NCBI GenBank assembly: GCA_041651155.1
Contig: JBAZJU010000003.1
Location: 19,789-83,788 of the forward strand
Source of the DNA: Patescibacteria group bacterium
GTDB taxonomy: Bacteria; Patescibacteriota; Patescibacteriia; CAIXNZ01
Direction: 5' to 3'
DNA: 64,000 bases
Both the position numbers and the translations under genes were made by a program. Below the pieces are notes generated by a model. It saw only the letters and a program-made list of their open reading frames with translations. It made no database searches and was not told the DNA's origin. Numbering within the stretch: position 1 is the stretch's first letter; each line of letters opens with the position of its first letter. Positions 46,370 through 55,414 of this stretch are shown one piece after another.

Positions 46370-47830
46370 TTATTTTTTGTATGTACCCATAGTAATATGA
46401 GCTTGTATAGCGCTTAAAGATCTGGCTGAAAATCCAGAAAAGCAGTTAGCAATTTCCTTTGGGTTACAGCCAGATTTTAATAGTTCGATGGCTTGTTCTT
46501 TGGTGATCAGTTCTTTGTCCGTAGTTGGCTTAATTTCTTCAGGTTTTCTCAAAACCTTCTTTTTCCTGACTTTATTTCGTGGCTTCTTTTCTATTTGATT
46601 ATTATGCTGGGTGTCTTCGAACTCAAGATCTTGATCTTTTTGCATTTGAGTGGAAGAGCCGAGAAAGATGCGCTCGGGAAGTTTATCCATATTTACATTA
46701 TTACGGAGACAATTTGCCAGGCTTGTGTAAATAATATGATAAACTTTCTTGAAATTTTTAATTTGATTTGTGTTAATTCTTAAAATAGTGTCTTGGGAGT
46801 TTTTTTTGATTGAGAATATTTTATGAGCTTTTCTGATGATATGCTCATAATTTACTAGATGATACAAATCAGTTTCCATTGGCGTGCCGTTTGTACTGAT
46901 GTATTTGTATCGTTCTATGTGATTTACGTAGTATGGACGAACTAATAACAAAATTATGGAATAGATAACATTTTGAATTGCAACGTCATTACCATACCGA
47001 TTGAATTGGAATTCATTTACAAGATGATATATGAAATTGTCCTGATGATGAGTAATTAGAATTTCGAATGAGCTTGGATCAAGAATATTTTCGCCTTTTT
47101 CTTTATATAATGCATCTAATTTTTTTGTGTACTCACTGCTGTCCGGATAGCAAAACAACAAAGGAGTTCCTTGGCAAAATGATCTTCCCCAATCGCCGTA
47201 AGATAAGTAGACCATTATAGTTGTCGTAAAGAGATCTCTTGCTTGAGAGATGCTCAAATCAATATCACTTGTGTTGATTATTCGCTCAAATGATTGTAGT
47301 AGTTCATTAGATGATCTTAGCCCATTTGTAGATTTTTCTGTCTCCATACACTTTAAAACCTGAGCATTGCTGATTAGCAAATCTTGCTCCCAGCTCTCTC
47401 TCCTTCCCAAAGTGTTGATGATAAGAGCAGAATTACCGTGTGCTAAAAGTTGTCTGTTCGCGATTAAGCTAATTGATTTCAAAATATTTGCATTCTTTTT
47501 GCATTTATAATCTAAACTTATAATGCGAAAAAATCTTTCATCTGTATCTTGAAAATATTCGTAGTCCCAGCAATTTTCCACTGTTACGCCGAGATTTTGA
47601 TTTTCAATTCGTTGGGCAACAATTGGGTCTTGTTCAAGTATTGTAATATTTTTTCTTAAGATACCCAATTTATCGTAAACTTCTTTAATTTCAAGTGCTT
47701 CAGGCGTTTCTAAACAAACAATTTTTAATTGGGTTGGCTTATATGATGCCTCCTTGATTAAATGTTTGTTAATAAATTCACGAATTTTTTCCCTAGATAA
47801 TCTCTTGGCAGGATCATCATATGATTCCAT
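46370..47830 (-). CDS. Hypothetical protein with C-terminal approx 31-aa motif (GxxPKEIxxxxSGFSxxSLxAIQAHITMGTY) shared with the downstream small protein
   Basis: 486 aa. N-terminal approx 400 aa unassigned. K-rich linker. C-terminal motif repeated twice in ORF 47941-48216. Confidence 0.4.
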   Translation of the reverse strand: MESYDDPAKRLSREKIREFINKHLIKEASYKPTQLKIVCLETPEALEIKEVYDKLGILRKNITILEQDPIVAQRIENQNLGVTVENCWDYEYFQDTDERFFRIISLDYKCKKNANILKSISLIANRQLLAHGNSALIINTLGRRESWEQDLLISNAQVLKCMETEKSTNGLRSSNELLQSFERIINTSDIDLSISQARDLFTTTIMVYLSYGDWGRSFCQGTPLLFCYPDSSEYTKKLDALYKEKGENILDPSSFEILITHHQDNFIYHLVNEFQFNRYGNDVAIQNVIYSIILLLVRPYYVNHIERYKYISTNGTPMETDLYHLVNYEHIIRKAHKIFSIKKNSQDTILRINTNQIKNFKKVYHIIYTSLANCLRNNVNMDKLPERIFLGSSTQMQKDQDLEFEDTQHNNQIEKKPRNKVRKKKVLRKPEEIKPTTDKELITKEQAIELLKSGCNPKEIANCFSGFSARSLSAIQAHITMGTYKK

Positions 47831-47940
47831 AGGTTATATCCTCCTTTTCTTTAGTTTTCAAGGTTCTGCTTGATTAATAAAATTAGCAAAAATGACAAAA
47901 TTTGTCAATAGAAAAGGCGCTTCGTATGAAGCGCCTGATT

Positions 47941-48216
47941 TTAGTAAGTTCCCATTGTGAGATGTGCTTTTAAAGCAGCAATTTGCATTATTGTCCAGCC
48001 ATCGTAACTTTGGGTAATTTCTTTGGGAGAATATCCCATTTTGAGCAGTTTGATTATTCTTTGTTTGCTGGGATAAGTCCCCATTGTTAGATGAGCAGAA
48101 AATGCTGCTAATTGCATTTTGGTAAAACCAGTATGCTTCTTTAGAATTTCAATTGGTGTTTTGCCTTGGCGTAAAAGCATGATTGCAGTATTTTTATCAA
48201 TTTTTGTTCTAGCCAT
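47941..48216 (-). CDS. Small protein made of two tandem copies of the ...AHLTMGTY motif module
   Basis: 91 aa: GKTPIEILKKHTGFTKMQLAAFSAHLTMGTY followed by GYSPKEITQSYDGWTIMQIAALKAHLTMGTY. Confidence 0.4.
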   Translation of the reverse strand: MARTKIDKNTAIMLLRQGKTPIEILKKHTGFTKMQLAAFSAHLTMGTYPSKQRIIKLLKMGYSPKEITQSYDGWTIMQIAALKAHLTMGTY

Positions 48217-48292
48217 TAATTCCTCCTTTGAATTCAGATATTATATTCTTACATAAAATTATTTTTCTGTCAATTAAAAAACCGCCTCGGCA

Positions 48293-48877
48293 TTATGCTT
48301 CGGCGGCTTTGTTTCTAGGCCATAAGACCAGTAGAGTAATTATTCCGCATGGGCAGATAAACATCCAAATCGGATAAATCATGATTGAAAATTTTATTGT
48401 TTCAATCGCAAAGATGTTTACCAGATTTCCTGTGGAAAAAAGAGTCCAGGCAAGCTTATCTTCTCCTTCCGGATTTTTATAAGATTTACGCATGGTTGGT
48501 AATCCACCTAAAGTATCCATGGAAAGATTGATGAGCAAAGCGATTAGTGGATTTTTAAAACTGATCCAAAGGACGATGCTTAAGGCAGAAATAATCAAAC
48601 AGTAACGGTCAAAGCGATTCCAGCCACCTTCTCCATAAGGGATTGAAAGAAAAGCAATTGTTAAGGGGCCGATAATATAGCTGACTGGCACCCAAATTGT
48701 GTTACGTGCGCCTGAAGAAAAATAACTGGCTCCAAGCATTAAGCCGACTGCTGACCAAATCCACCAGCTGGCGCGATTTGGTTTGGTCTGTTTTCTCAAA
48801 ATAGCAATAATGTATGGAAGAAACGCGCAGAGTGAAATGATGCCTGCTAATTTCCCAGCTATTACAGATAGATTCAT
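48293..48877 (-). CDS. Hypothetical 6-TM membrane protein
   Basis: 194 aa, hydrophobic helices. Minus-strand promoter TTGACA-17-TAAGGT and RBS AAAGGAGG upstream. Confidence 0.4.
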   Translation of the reverse strand: MNLSVIAGKLAGIISLCAFLPYIIAILRKQTKPNRASWWIWSAVGLMLGASYFSSGARNTIWVPVSYIIGPLTIAFLSIPYGEGGWNRFDRYCLIISALSIVLWISFKNPLIALLINLSMDTLGGLPTMRKSYKNPEGEDKLAWTLFSTGNLVNIFAIETIKFSIMIYPIWMFICPCGIITLLVLWPRNKAAEA

Positions 48878-49024
48878 GATTAACCTCCTTTCAAGGAACT
48901 TTAATTTTTTACCTTATCATCGTTTTAATATTTTGTCAAACATACTTTGAAATTAAAAACCGCCGCATAGAGTGCTGTGCTAGGTGGCGGTTATTGACAA
49001 TTGTATGCTATTGTTTTAATTTTC

Positions 49025-49198
49025 ATCTAGGTCAAGCTTAATTGCCTGCAGCAGGTCTTGGGTTAGCGCCAGCGACGACCCTTAAAAAAGAACTGCGAAT
49101 GCAGACAAACCGTATTCTGGATATTCGGTTGCTTGAACTAAGGTTGCTGGCACAACCCCGCGGATAATCTTTAAAAAAAGATATTGAAGCGGGGTTTT
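49025..49198 (+). ncRNA. Possible approx 160-nt small RNA (weak promoter TTGACA 48995-49000; compound terminator hairpin CCCCGC...GCGGGG + TTTT at 49156-49198)
   Basis: No ORF. Terminator-like hairpin with T-tract on the plus strand. Promoter -10 is weak (TAATTT), so confidence is low. Confidence 0.2.
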
Positions 49199-50024
49199 AA
49201 ATTTCTACTAATTGATAATCATTTTTTGACTTTACGCCAATGCCCAGTTCAACTGCGTGTTTAATTTGAGTTAATGCCCAGGGATCAGTGCCTAGTTTAT
49301 TATTTGCTTTATAACTTTGAATAATTTTAATTCCTTCAATATCAATGGCAACCATGTCATTTGAGGCCATTAAAACTTTGGGTTCTTCAAGCTTGCCTTT
49401 GTCTGGTCCGCCTTCAGTAAAACATTTTCGGCCATCCATGATGATTAGAGAGGGTTTAATAACAGAGGCAACCTCAGCAACTCTTTCCTGTAGATGATTT
49501 AAATGTAAGAGGCTTCTTTGTGAAGGCTTGAGCATGCCAATATTTATTTTTAAAGCGCCTGTATAAGCAGCCAAGAAATGAGTTTTTAAACAAGGCAGTA
49601 AAATAATCTTATCTACCTCTTGAACTATTTTAGGAATCTTGATGCTTTTAAAATATTTTCCGCCGGGAACATTAACTTTAACCCAATCCCCTGTTTCAAA
49701 ATTATGCCAAGTGACATTAAATTTTTGCATCACTTCAGGCGCGCCAATATCATGGCAAACCTTTTCAGTATTTAAAAAATAGGTGCATGATTCACCTACT
49801 ATTAATTCTTTTGGCTTAGCTTCAGAAAATATTTCAATCACAGCTTGAAGGAAATCTATGGATGTTGAACCAGGAAAAGGATCAGAGGTATTGAAATTGG
49901 GTTTTAATAAAACTCGGTCAGTGGGTTTGATGAAATCTGAAAGATTGCCGATGATTGGCTGGATTAATTTATGGATGTCGGTCTTAAGTGAGTCTGATGA
50001 TTTGGTTTTAGTTACTAAATACAT
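49197..50024 (-). CDS. DUF362-family protein
   Basis: 275 aa. RVLLKPNFN (KPN motif) and overall pattern typical of DUF362. Confidence 0.5.
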   Translation of the reverse strand: MYLVTKTKSSDSLKTDIHKLIQPIIGNLSDFIKPTDRVLLKPNFNTSDPFPGSTSIDFLQAVIEIFSEAKPKELIVGESCTYFLNTEKVCHDIGAPEVMQKFNVTWHNFETGDWVKVNVPGGKYFKSIKIPKIVQEVDKIILLPCLKTHFLAAYTGALKINIGMLKPSQRSLLHLNHLQERVAEVASVIKPSLIIMDGRKCFTEGGPDKGKLEEPKVLMASNDMVAIDIEGIKIIQSYKANNKLGTDPWALTQIKHAVELGIGVKSKNDYQLVEI

Positions 50025-50134
50025 GTAAGGAATTTTTAATAAATAATTTTTAATTTTTAAATAATGAACTAATTTATAATGTATTAATTATTATATTAAA
50101 CATTAAAAATTCACTAAAAATTAATAATAAAAAA

Positions 50135-50836
50135 TTAGAAAATAGTACGTTCTTTTGTCGTTTTAATAATTTTTAATGCTTCTTCAGCAGTATTTACCAC
50201 AGTAAAAATTTTGCGGTCCTTAGGCATAACTGTTTTGTATTCTTTGATCATTTCTTTATCAATCCAGTTAACAAATGGCTGCCAAAAAGCCTTGCCCACT
50301 AAAATAACAGGTATTTTTTGCATTTTACTGGTTTGGATTAAAGTTATTATTTCAGTAACTTCGTCTAAGGTGCCGAAACCGCCTGGGAAAAAAATATAGG
50401 CTTGGGCTGAAGCAGCTAACATAACTTTGCGGGTAAAGAAATAATAAAAACCTTTGCTTTTGGCTACATAGGGATTTGTTCTTTGTTCCATGGGTAACTG
50501 AATGTTTATGCCCACTGATTTTGCAGGATTAATGCTAAAAGCGCCTTTATTGGCTGATTCCATAATGCCTGGACCTCCGCCAGTAATGACAGTATAGCCG
50601 TGTTTTGCCAAAATTTTTCCTAATTGTTCTGCAACTTTGCCCCATTTTGTATCAGTGCCTAAATGAGTGGAGCCATAAATTGTCACTTCTTTATGGAATT
50701 GGGATAAAAATTCAAAACCTTCCACAAATTCCGACATAATGCGAAAAATGCGCCAGGTAATATCGCTCATCTTTTGTAAATGAATTTGTTGTTCCATGGG
50801 GTGGAGAGGGACTTTGATTTTCTTTTTGGTTGGCAT
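50135..50836 (-). CDS. LOG-family (TIGR00730) nucleotide 5'-monophosphate nucleosidase / lysine-decarboxylase-like protein
   Basis: VITGGGPGIMESANKGA and PGGFGTLDE are LOG-family signature motifs. Confidence 0.75.
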   Translation of the reverse strand: MPTKKKIKVPLHPMEQQIHLQKMSDITWRIFRIMSEFVEGFEFLSQFHKEVTIYGSTHLGTDTKWGKVAEQLGKILAKHGYTVITGGGPGIMESANKGAFSINPAKSVGINIQLPMEQRTNPYVAKSKGFYYFFTRKVMLAASAQAYIFFPGGFGTLDEVTEIITLIQTSKMQKIPVILVGKAFWQPFVNWIDKEMIKEYKTVMPKDRKIFTVVNTAEEALKIIKTTKERTIF

Positions 50837-51040
50837 AGGGATTTAGGTTATACAAGGTTTTATTATGTTATATAAAGTTTTATGAGGTTTCTAAACCACT
50901 GATTTAAATTCACTGATAACACAGATTCTAATTTTCAATTCAGTGCAATCTGTGAAAAAAATCCGTGGTTCATATCTACATTATAGCATTTTTCTATTTC
51001 CTTTTAAAATTTTTGGTAAGCCGGTCTGCTGAAGCTAATA

Positions 51041-51117
51041 TACTAATTGATTACTAATAATACTAATTATTTCACAGGTGATATTAGTATCATTCGTATA
51101 GCATTGGTACATTAGTA
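51041..51117. repeat. Heptamer array: 3x TACTAAT then 2x ATTAGTA, between the mutL stop and the LOG gene start
   Basis: TACTAAT at 51041, 51052 and 51061. ATTAGTA at 51083 and 51111. Confidence 0.6.
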
Positions 51118-51120
51118 TCA

Positions 51121-52896
51121 TTATTTCCGTTTGAAATTTTTGGCGAGTTGGTCCAAAGTTAATTCCATAATAAATGGCCGGCCGTGCGGACAAGTATTGA
51201 TTTTATCCATCATGACCATGACATCTTGGAGCAATTTAATCTGTTCAGCTGGCTCTAATTTGTCTTGGAATTTAACCGCAGTTCTGCAGGCAGCGTATTT
51301 TATTACTAAATCTTTTTTCTCATCAATTGATTTGGCCGAATTAAAATCATGCTCTTCCAGATCATTAATCAGGCCCAAAATTGTTTGTTTAATATCCAGT
51401 TTGTCTAATTCCTGCGGTACGGCATTAACGATAAATGAATTGTTACTAAAAATTTCAATATCAAATCCTAAATTTCTTAAAAATTCTAAGCTTTGATTTA
51501 AAATTTCAATTTCGCGATGCGATAATTCAAGAGTTAAGGGCAATAAAAGTTTTTGGCTTTTAATATTATCAGTTGCAAATTCATTTTTAAATCTTTCATA
51601 CAGAATTCTTTCAGCCGCGGCATGCTGGTCAATGATGAGCACGGCGCTTGGCGCTTCTATCATTAAATAAGAGTTATGTATTTGCCCAATCAAGCGCCAA
51701 GCGCCGATCAACTGCGGTTCTTTTTCTTCTGCAAATTCCCCATTTAAAATCTGTTTGGAAAATTCCAAAGCCTGTGAAACCTGGCTGGGCTGGGAACGAA
51801 TATTTTTAAAAGTCGGCTGATAAGAAATTGAAGGCTTATATGTTTCTTGAGCTTGTGATTTTAAAGTAAATTTCCTGGTAGGAACTGATTTATCCTCAAA
51901 TTGCTGAGTTAAAATATTTTCAGCCAGACATTTTTGCACTGCTTTCATAACTGTAAGATAAACTTCCTGTAAATTTTGGAATTTGACCTCTGTTTTGCGC
52001 GGGTGAACATTAACATCAACTAATTGAGGTGGTAAATTTAAATTTAAAATAAAAGTGGGATAAAGTTCTCTAGGAATTAATGTCCCAAAGCCTTCTTTAA
52101 CTGCTTTGGCAATTATAAAGTCATCAATGGCGCGTTTATTAACAAAAATAAACTGAGCCTTACGATTGTTTCTGGCAATTTGCGGCTTGCCAATAAAACC
52201 AGAAATCTCAATTGTTCCCTTTTGGTTTATAGCCAATAAATGTTTGGCAATATCCTGGCCTAAAATTTGTTTTATGCGTTCTGACCAAACATTTGTTTTG
52301 GGCAAATTAAAAATCAGCTTGCTTTTATGAGTTAAATTAAAGCTGATTTGCGGATTAATTAAAGCAAATTGGGTGATGAATTCTAAAATATTATTATATT
52401 CAGTGTTGGCTGACTTTAAGAATTTTTTACGCGCCGGTACATTATAGAATAAATCCTTGATAGTAATTTTAGTTCCTTGGGGACAACCACATGGCCCAAT
52501 CTCTAATTTTGAATCTCTAATTTCTAATTTTGCGCCTTCAATCCCCTCTTTGGTTTTTGTTTCTAAAGAAAATTGCGAGACAGCAGAAATACTGGCCAGT
52601 GCTTCACCGCGAAAACCCAAGGTCTGGATATTAAAAAGATCTTCTATTTTGGAAATTTTAGAAGTTGCGTGGCGTTCAATGGCCAGTTTGGCATCATCTG
52701 CTGTCATGCCAGAGCCATTATCTAGGATAGATATTAAATCAATTCCCCCGTTTTTTATTTCAATATTTATTTGATCGGCCTGCGCATCAATAGAGTTTTC
52801 AACTAATTCTTTGACAACAGAAGCTGGGCGTTCTACTACTTCGCCAGCAGCGATTTTATTGATTAAGTCTTGGTCTAATTTTTTTATTTGCGGCAT
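51121..52896 (-). CDS. mutL: DNA mismatch repair protein MutL
   Basis: 591 aa. N-terminal GHKL ATPase motifs (ELVENSIDA, DNGSGM, GFRGEAL). C-terminal dimerisation domain. Confidence 0.85.
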   Translation of the reverse strand: MPQIKKLDQDLINKIAAGEVVERPASVVKELVENSIDAQADQINIEIKNGGIDLISILDNGSGMTADDAKLAIERHATSKISKIEDLFNIQTLGFRGEALASISAVSQFSLETKTKEGIEGAKLEIRDSKLEIGPCGCPQGTKITIKDLFYNVPARKKFLKSANTEYNNILEFITQFALINPQISFNLTHKSKLIFNLPKTNVWSERIKQILGQDIAKHLLAINQKGTIEISGFIGKPQIARNNRKAQFIFVNKRAIDDFIIAKAVKEGFGTLIPRELYPTFILNLNLPPQLVDVNVHPRKTEVKFQNLQEVYLTVMKAVQKCLAENILTQQFEDKSVPTRKFTLKSQAQETYKPSISYQPTFKNIRSQPSQVSQALEFSKQILNGEFAEEKEPQLIGAWRLIGQIHNSYLMIEAPSAVLIIDQHAAAERILYERFKNEFATDNIKSQKLLLPLTLELSHREIEILNQSLEFLRNLGFDIEIFSNNSFIVNAVPQELDKLDIKQTILGLINDLEEHDFNSAKSIDEKKDLVIKYAACRTAVKFQDKLEPAEQIKLLQDVMVMMDKINTCPHGRPFIMELTLDQLAKNFKRK

Positions 52897-53050
52897 AGAG
52901 AATATAATTTATACCCTGCTTTAGCAGGTAATTTAGCCCACTTCCGCAGTCGCTTACGCTATGGCGGACAAGAAAGTGGGGTATAAATTAAATAATTTTA
53001 TAATCATACTTTATCAGTTTTTAAACATCAAATCAAATTTAAAAGGACTC

Positions 53051-53281
53051 TCAGTTGAGAGCCCTTGTGCGTTTAAACAATCGCTTTGGCCAGAGGAGTG
53101 ACTTTTTGAAATTCCGTTTGATGGAAAATTTTATGTCCTCCAATCTGGGCGGATCGTAGTACTTGTAATTTTTGTGGCGAATCACGAGTGCCAGATATTC
53201 ACTGGCCACGTAAACTACCAGGCAAATCAGGGCGAAAAACAGATAAGCCTTGATTGCCCAGATCAAACCTCCAATAAACAT
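53051..53281 (-). CDS. Small membrane protein (76 aa)
   Basis: One or two hydrophobic helices. Basic C-terminus. Confidence 0.3.
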   Translation of the reverse strand: MFIGGLIWAIKAYLFFALICLVVYVASEYLALVIRHKNYKYYDPPRLEDIKFSIKRNFKKSLLWPKRLFKRTRALN

Positions 53282-53331
53282 CTCGACCTCCTTTTGGGTT
53301 AAAAAAATTCATTAAGTCTATAGCATTTTGG

Positions 53332-53550
53332 TCATTTTTTGATAGCGCCAAGTCTTCTCAAATCTTCTAAGGTTGCCACCTCAGGGTTTAAACCGAAGCG
53401 CACACATTGTAGTTTAAAAATGCTAGTTGTGTTTGGATCCAGCTTGTTTTGGATGCAACCCAACATTAAAAAAGAAGTTTTTTGAGGATCAAGCCCTCTT
53501 TTTTGACATTCCTCTTTAAAATTTCCGTCATATAAGCTACTTGAAATCAT
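53332..53550 (-). CDS. Small hypothetical protein (72 aa from internal start MISSSLYDG...)
   Basis: RBS GGAGGGAG before the internal ATG. The longer track ORF would overlap the upstream gene by 79 nt. Confidence 0.3.
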   Translation of the reverse strand: MISSSLYDGNFKEECQKRGLDPQKTSFLMLGCIQNKLDPNTTSIFKLQCVRFGLNPEVATLEDLRRLGAIKK

Positions 53551-53561
53551 GCTCCCTCCTT

Positions 53562-53801
53562 TTAAAAAAGTTTTGCAATCAGTTCCCTCAGGACGTTTTT
53601 TAGATACGGAGCAGTTATGACTGTAACTACTACTGGCCATAATGAGTTTAGTTCATAACCTCTGATTGCCTCGTAAATCCCGAAGATGGCCATGTAGATT
53701 ATTAAGCCGAAAATTATGGCTAAGTAATCCATCAATGCCAATGCAGTTTTGTCCTGTTTGGGCAAAATTGATTCCTCGTCAATAAACGTTTTTTCAGCCA
53801 T
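53562..53801 (-). CDS. Small membrane protein (79 aa)
   Basis: Two hydrophobic helices. RBS GAGGAGG upstream. Confidence 0.3.
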   Translation of the reverse strand: MAEKTFIDEESILPKQDKTALALMDYLAIIFGLIIYMAIFGIYEAIRGYELNSLWPVVVTVITAPYLKNVLRELIAKLF

Positions 53802-53818
53802 TTCTACCTCCTCGTTTT

Positions 53819-53980
53819 TTAAAATAACATGCGTATTGCTTCCAGAGGCAAATTTTTTGCCTGTCTGAAGCTCTCACGAAGCGGACGGCGTTCAACCAGC
53901 GATACCATTATTGTTCCGCCAATGATGGCGCTCACGTATACAACCGCGCAAAACCCAGCAACTTCAACGACTGTCAACAT
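53819..53980 (-). CDS. Small membrane protein (53 aa) missed by the ORF-track size cutoff
   Basis: MLTVVEVAGFCAVVYVSAIIGGTIMVSLVERRP..., with RBS AAAGGAGAC and minus-strand promoter TTGACA-17-TAAACT upstream. The plus-strand ORF 53829-54017 is probably spurious. Confidence 0.3.
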   Translation of the reverse strand: MLTVVEVAGFCAVVYVSAIIGGTIMVSLVERRPLRESFRQAKNLPLEAIRMLF

Positions 53981-54040
53981 AATTTTGTCTCCTTTAGTTT
54001 TGATTCATGGAGTTTAGCATATAAATTTCCTTCTGTCAAC

Positions 54041-54082
54041 CCTACAAAACTACAAATCTTATACAAATTTTACAAAAAGTTA
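54041..54082. repeat. Second copy of the TACAAA A-tract element (CCTACAAAACTACAAATCTTATACAAATTTTACAAAAAGTTA)
   Basis: See 45051-45092. Confidence 0.4.
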
Positions 54083-54198
54083 AGTATTACTGCGCTTTGG
54101 GTTAAAATTTTGCTTACTCATCAGATTCAGTTTTTCTCACCAAAGCGCCTTAAAATTGTATTTTGTATTATTTGTAACTAAATTCGTTTTTGTAGGAG

Positions 54199-54228
54199 TA
54201 AAAAAGCCGCAAGCGGGTGCCTGCGGCG
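54199..54228 (-). terminator. Intrinsic terminator (minus strand): GCCGCAGGCACCCGCTTGCGGC + U6
   Basis: Hairpin at 54206-54227 with an A-tract on the plus strand (a U-tract on the minus-strand RNA). Nearly identical copy at 54655-54686. Confidence 0.6.
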
Positions 54229-54247
54229 ATTTTTGCGTATTTTACTG

Positions 54248-54514
54248 TTAGTTGATTGGCGCATACACAGATTCAATATTATCAATTGGAATTATCCTGT
54301 GATGTTCAAGTTCAACATTTTCATCATCCAATAGTTTTGTTACTTTCCTGATTAATGTAGCGCCACCAAAATATAGTCCCTGATTGCCAATAGGAATAAT
54401 CATATTGGGTTTAGGTTTAGTTACAACCATTAACGGTATTTCTGACCCACAAAACTTTTTTAGCATACCTCTTATTTCTTTCGGATTATGCGCTTCTTCA
54501 TTTTTTTCAGACAT
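54248..54514 (-). CDS. Hypothetical protein (88 aa from MSEKNEEAHNPKEIRG)
   Basis: RBS AAAAAGGAGG before the ATG at 54514. Confidence 0.35.
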   Translation of the reverse strand: MSEKNEEAHNPKEIRGMLKKFCGSEIPLMVVTKPKPNMIIPIGNQGLYFGGATLIRKVTKLLDDENVELEHHRIIPIDNIESVYAPIN

Positions 54515-54654
54515 TTTATCCTCCTTTTTTTGTTTTTTTAGCTTAGCAAGGTGTTTAAATTTTGTCAACCTTATGTACAAATTACAAATTTTTTGCGAAT
54601 ATACAAATCAATCTCCATTAGTAAATTAGTACAAAATTCGTAATTAGTAGAAGT

Positions 54655-54686
54655 ATAAAAAAAGCCGCAAGCGAGGTGCCTGCGGC
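54655..54686 (-). terminator. Intrinsic terminator (duplicate of 54199-54228)
   Basis: GCCGCAAGCGAGGTGCCTGCGGC hairpin with a flanking A-tract. Confidence 0.6.
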
Positions 54687-54699
54687 GGTAGTTGCGTGT

Positions 54700-55341
54700 T
54701 CACATTCCAAGCTGTTCTTTGAAATTATTCTTGGAATAACCATTGGGAAGTAATTGTACGAAATTCTCAGCTTCCCGACGATTACCCGTAATGACAGCAC
54801 TTTTGATGATTTTTTTTAGATAGGTCTTGCCATCGGGTAAAGCATTCGCTGCCTTAGAAGCAGTTTTCAACCAAGTGCCTTCTATTGGGTGAAAATTGGG
54901 CACGTAATCCTCTGCGTTTTTTCTGCAAATTCCTATTATTTTTTTAAGAATTGAAGTTTTTTCTATTGATTCCTGTAGAATTTCAGCTGCTGCTAAAGCA
55001 CCGTTAAGCCAAAATAATGGTAGCGGTACAATGCATGCCGGTTCATTTGCTTCGTTCGTCATCCTTTCAAAACATGCGTCAATAAAACTTAGTAGACATG
55101 TCTGTTTGATGTCGCTTTGTTTAATCCTTACTGCACATCTGAGTGCAGGGATAAGTTTGTGTTCTTCTAGATAGTCTTCAAAGGCAAGAAATCTGTCTGA
55201 ATCTTCCTCAGTTTGTATCTCATTTAATTTGACAAATTTTTTCCCTTGAATTTGTTGCTTTTCGGATTCTTTTTTTTCAATGTACTTTTGTGTTTCAGGT
55301 GAAAGCAATCCAGCCGTTTTTAAGGCCTCTGATATATTCAT
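54700..55341 (-). CDS. Hypothetical protein (213 aa)
   Basis: ORF with RBS. No family recognised. Confidence 0.4.
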   Translation of the reverse strand: MNISEALKTAGLLSPETQKYIEKKESEKQQIQGKKFVKLNEIQTEEDSDRFLAFEDYLEEHKLIPALRCAVRIKQSDIKQTCLLSFIDACFERMTNEANEPACIVPLPLFWLNGALAAAEILQESIEKTSILKKIIGICRKNAEDYVPNFHPIEGTWLKTASKAANALPDGKTYLKKIIKSAVITGNRREAENFVQLLPNGYSKNNFKEQLGM

Positions 55342-55414
55342 TATTTTCCTCCTTTGAAAATTTTTAGCTCAATAATTTGAGTATTAATAATATTAACATT
55401 TATTTCAGTTCCTG

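Noticed and set aside
53829-54017. 62-aa plus-strand ORF
   Set aside because: Overlaps an RBS-preceded 53-aa minus-strand membrane-protein ORF (53819-53980) that has its own consensus promoter. All neighbours are minus-strand.
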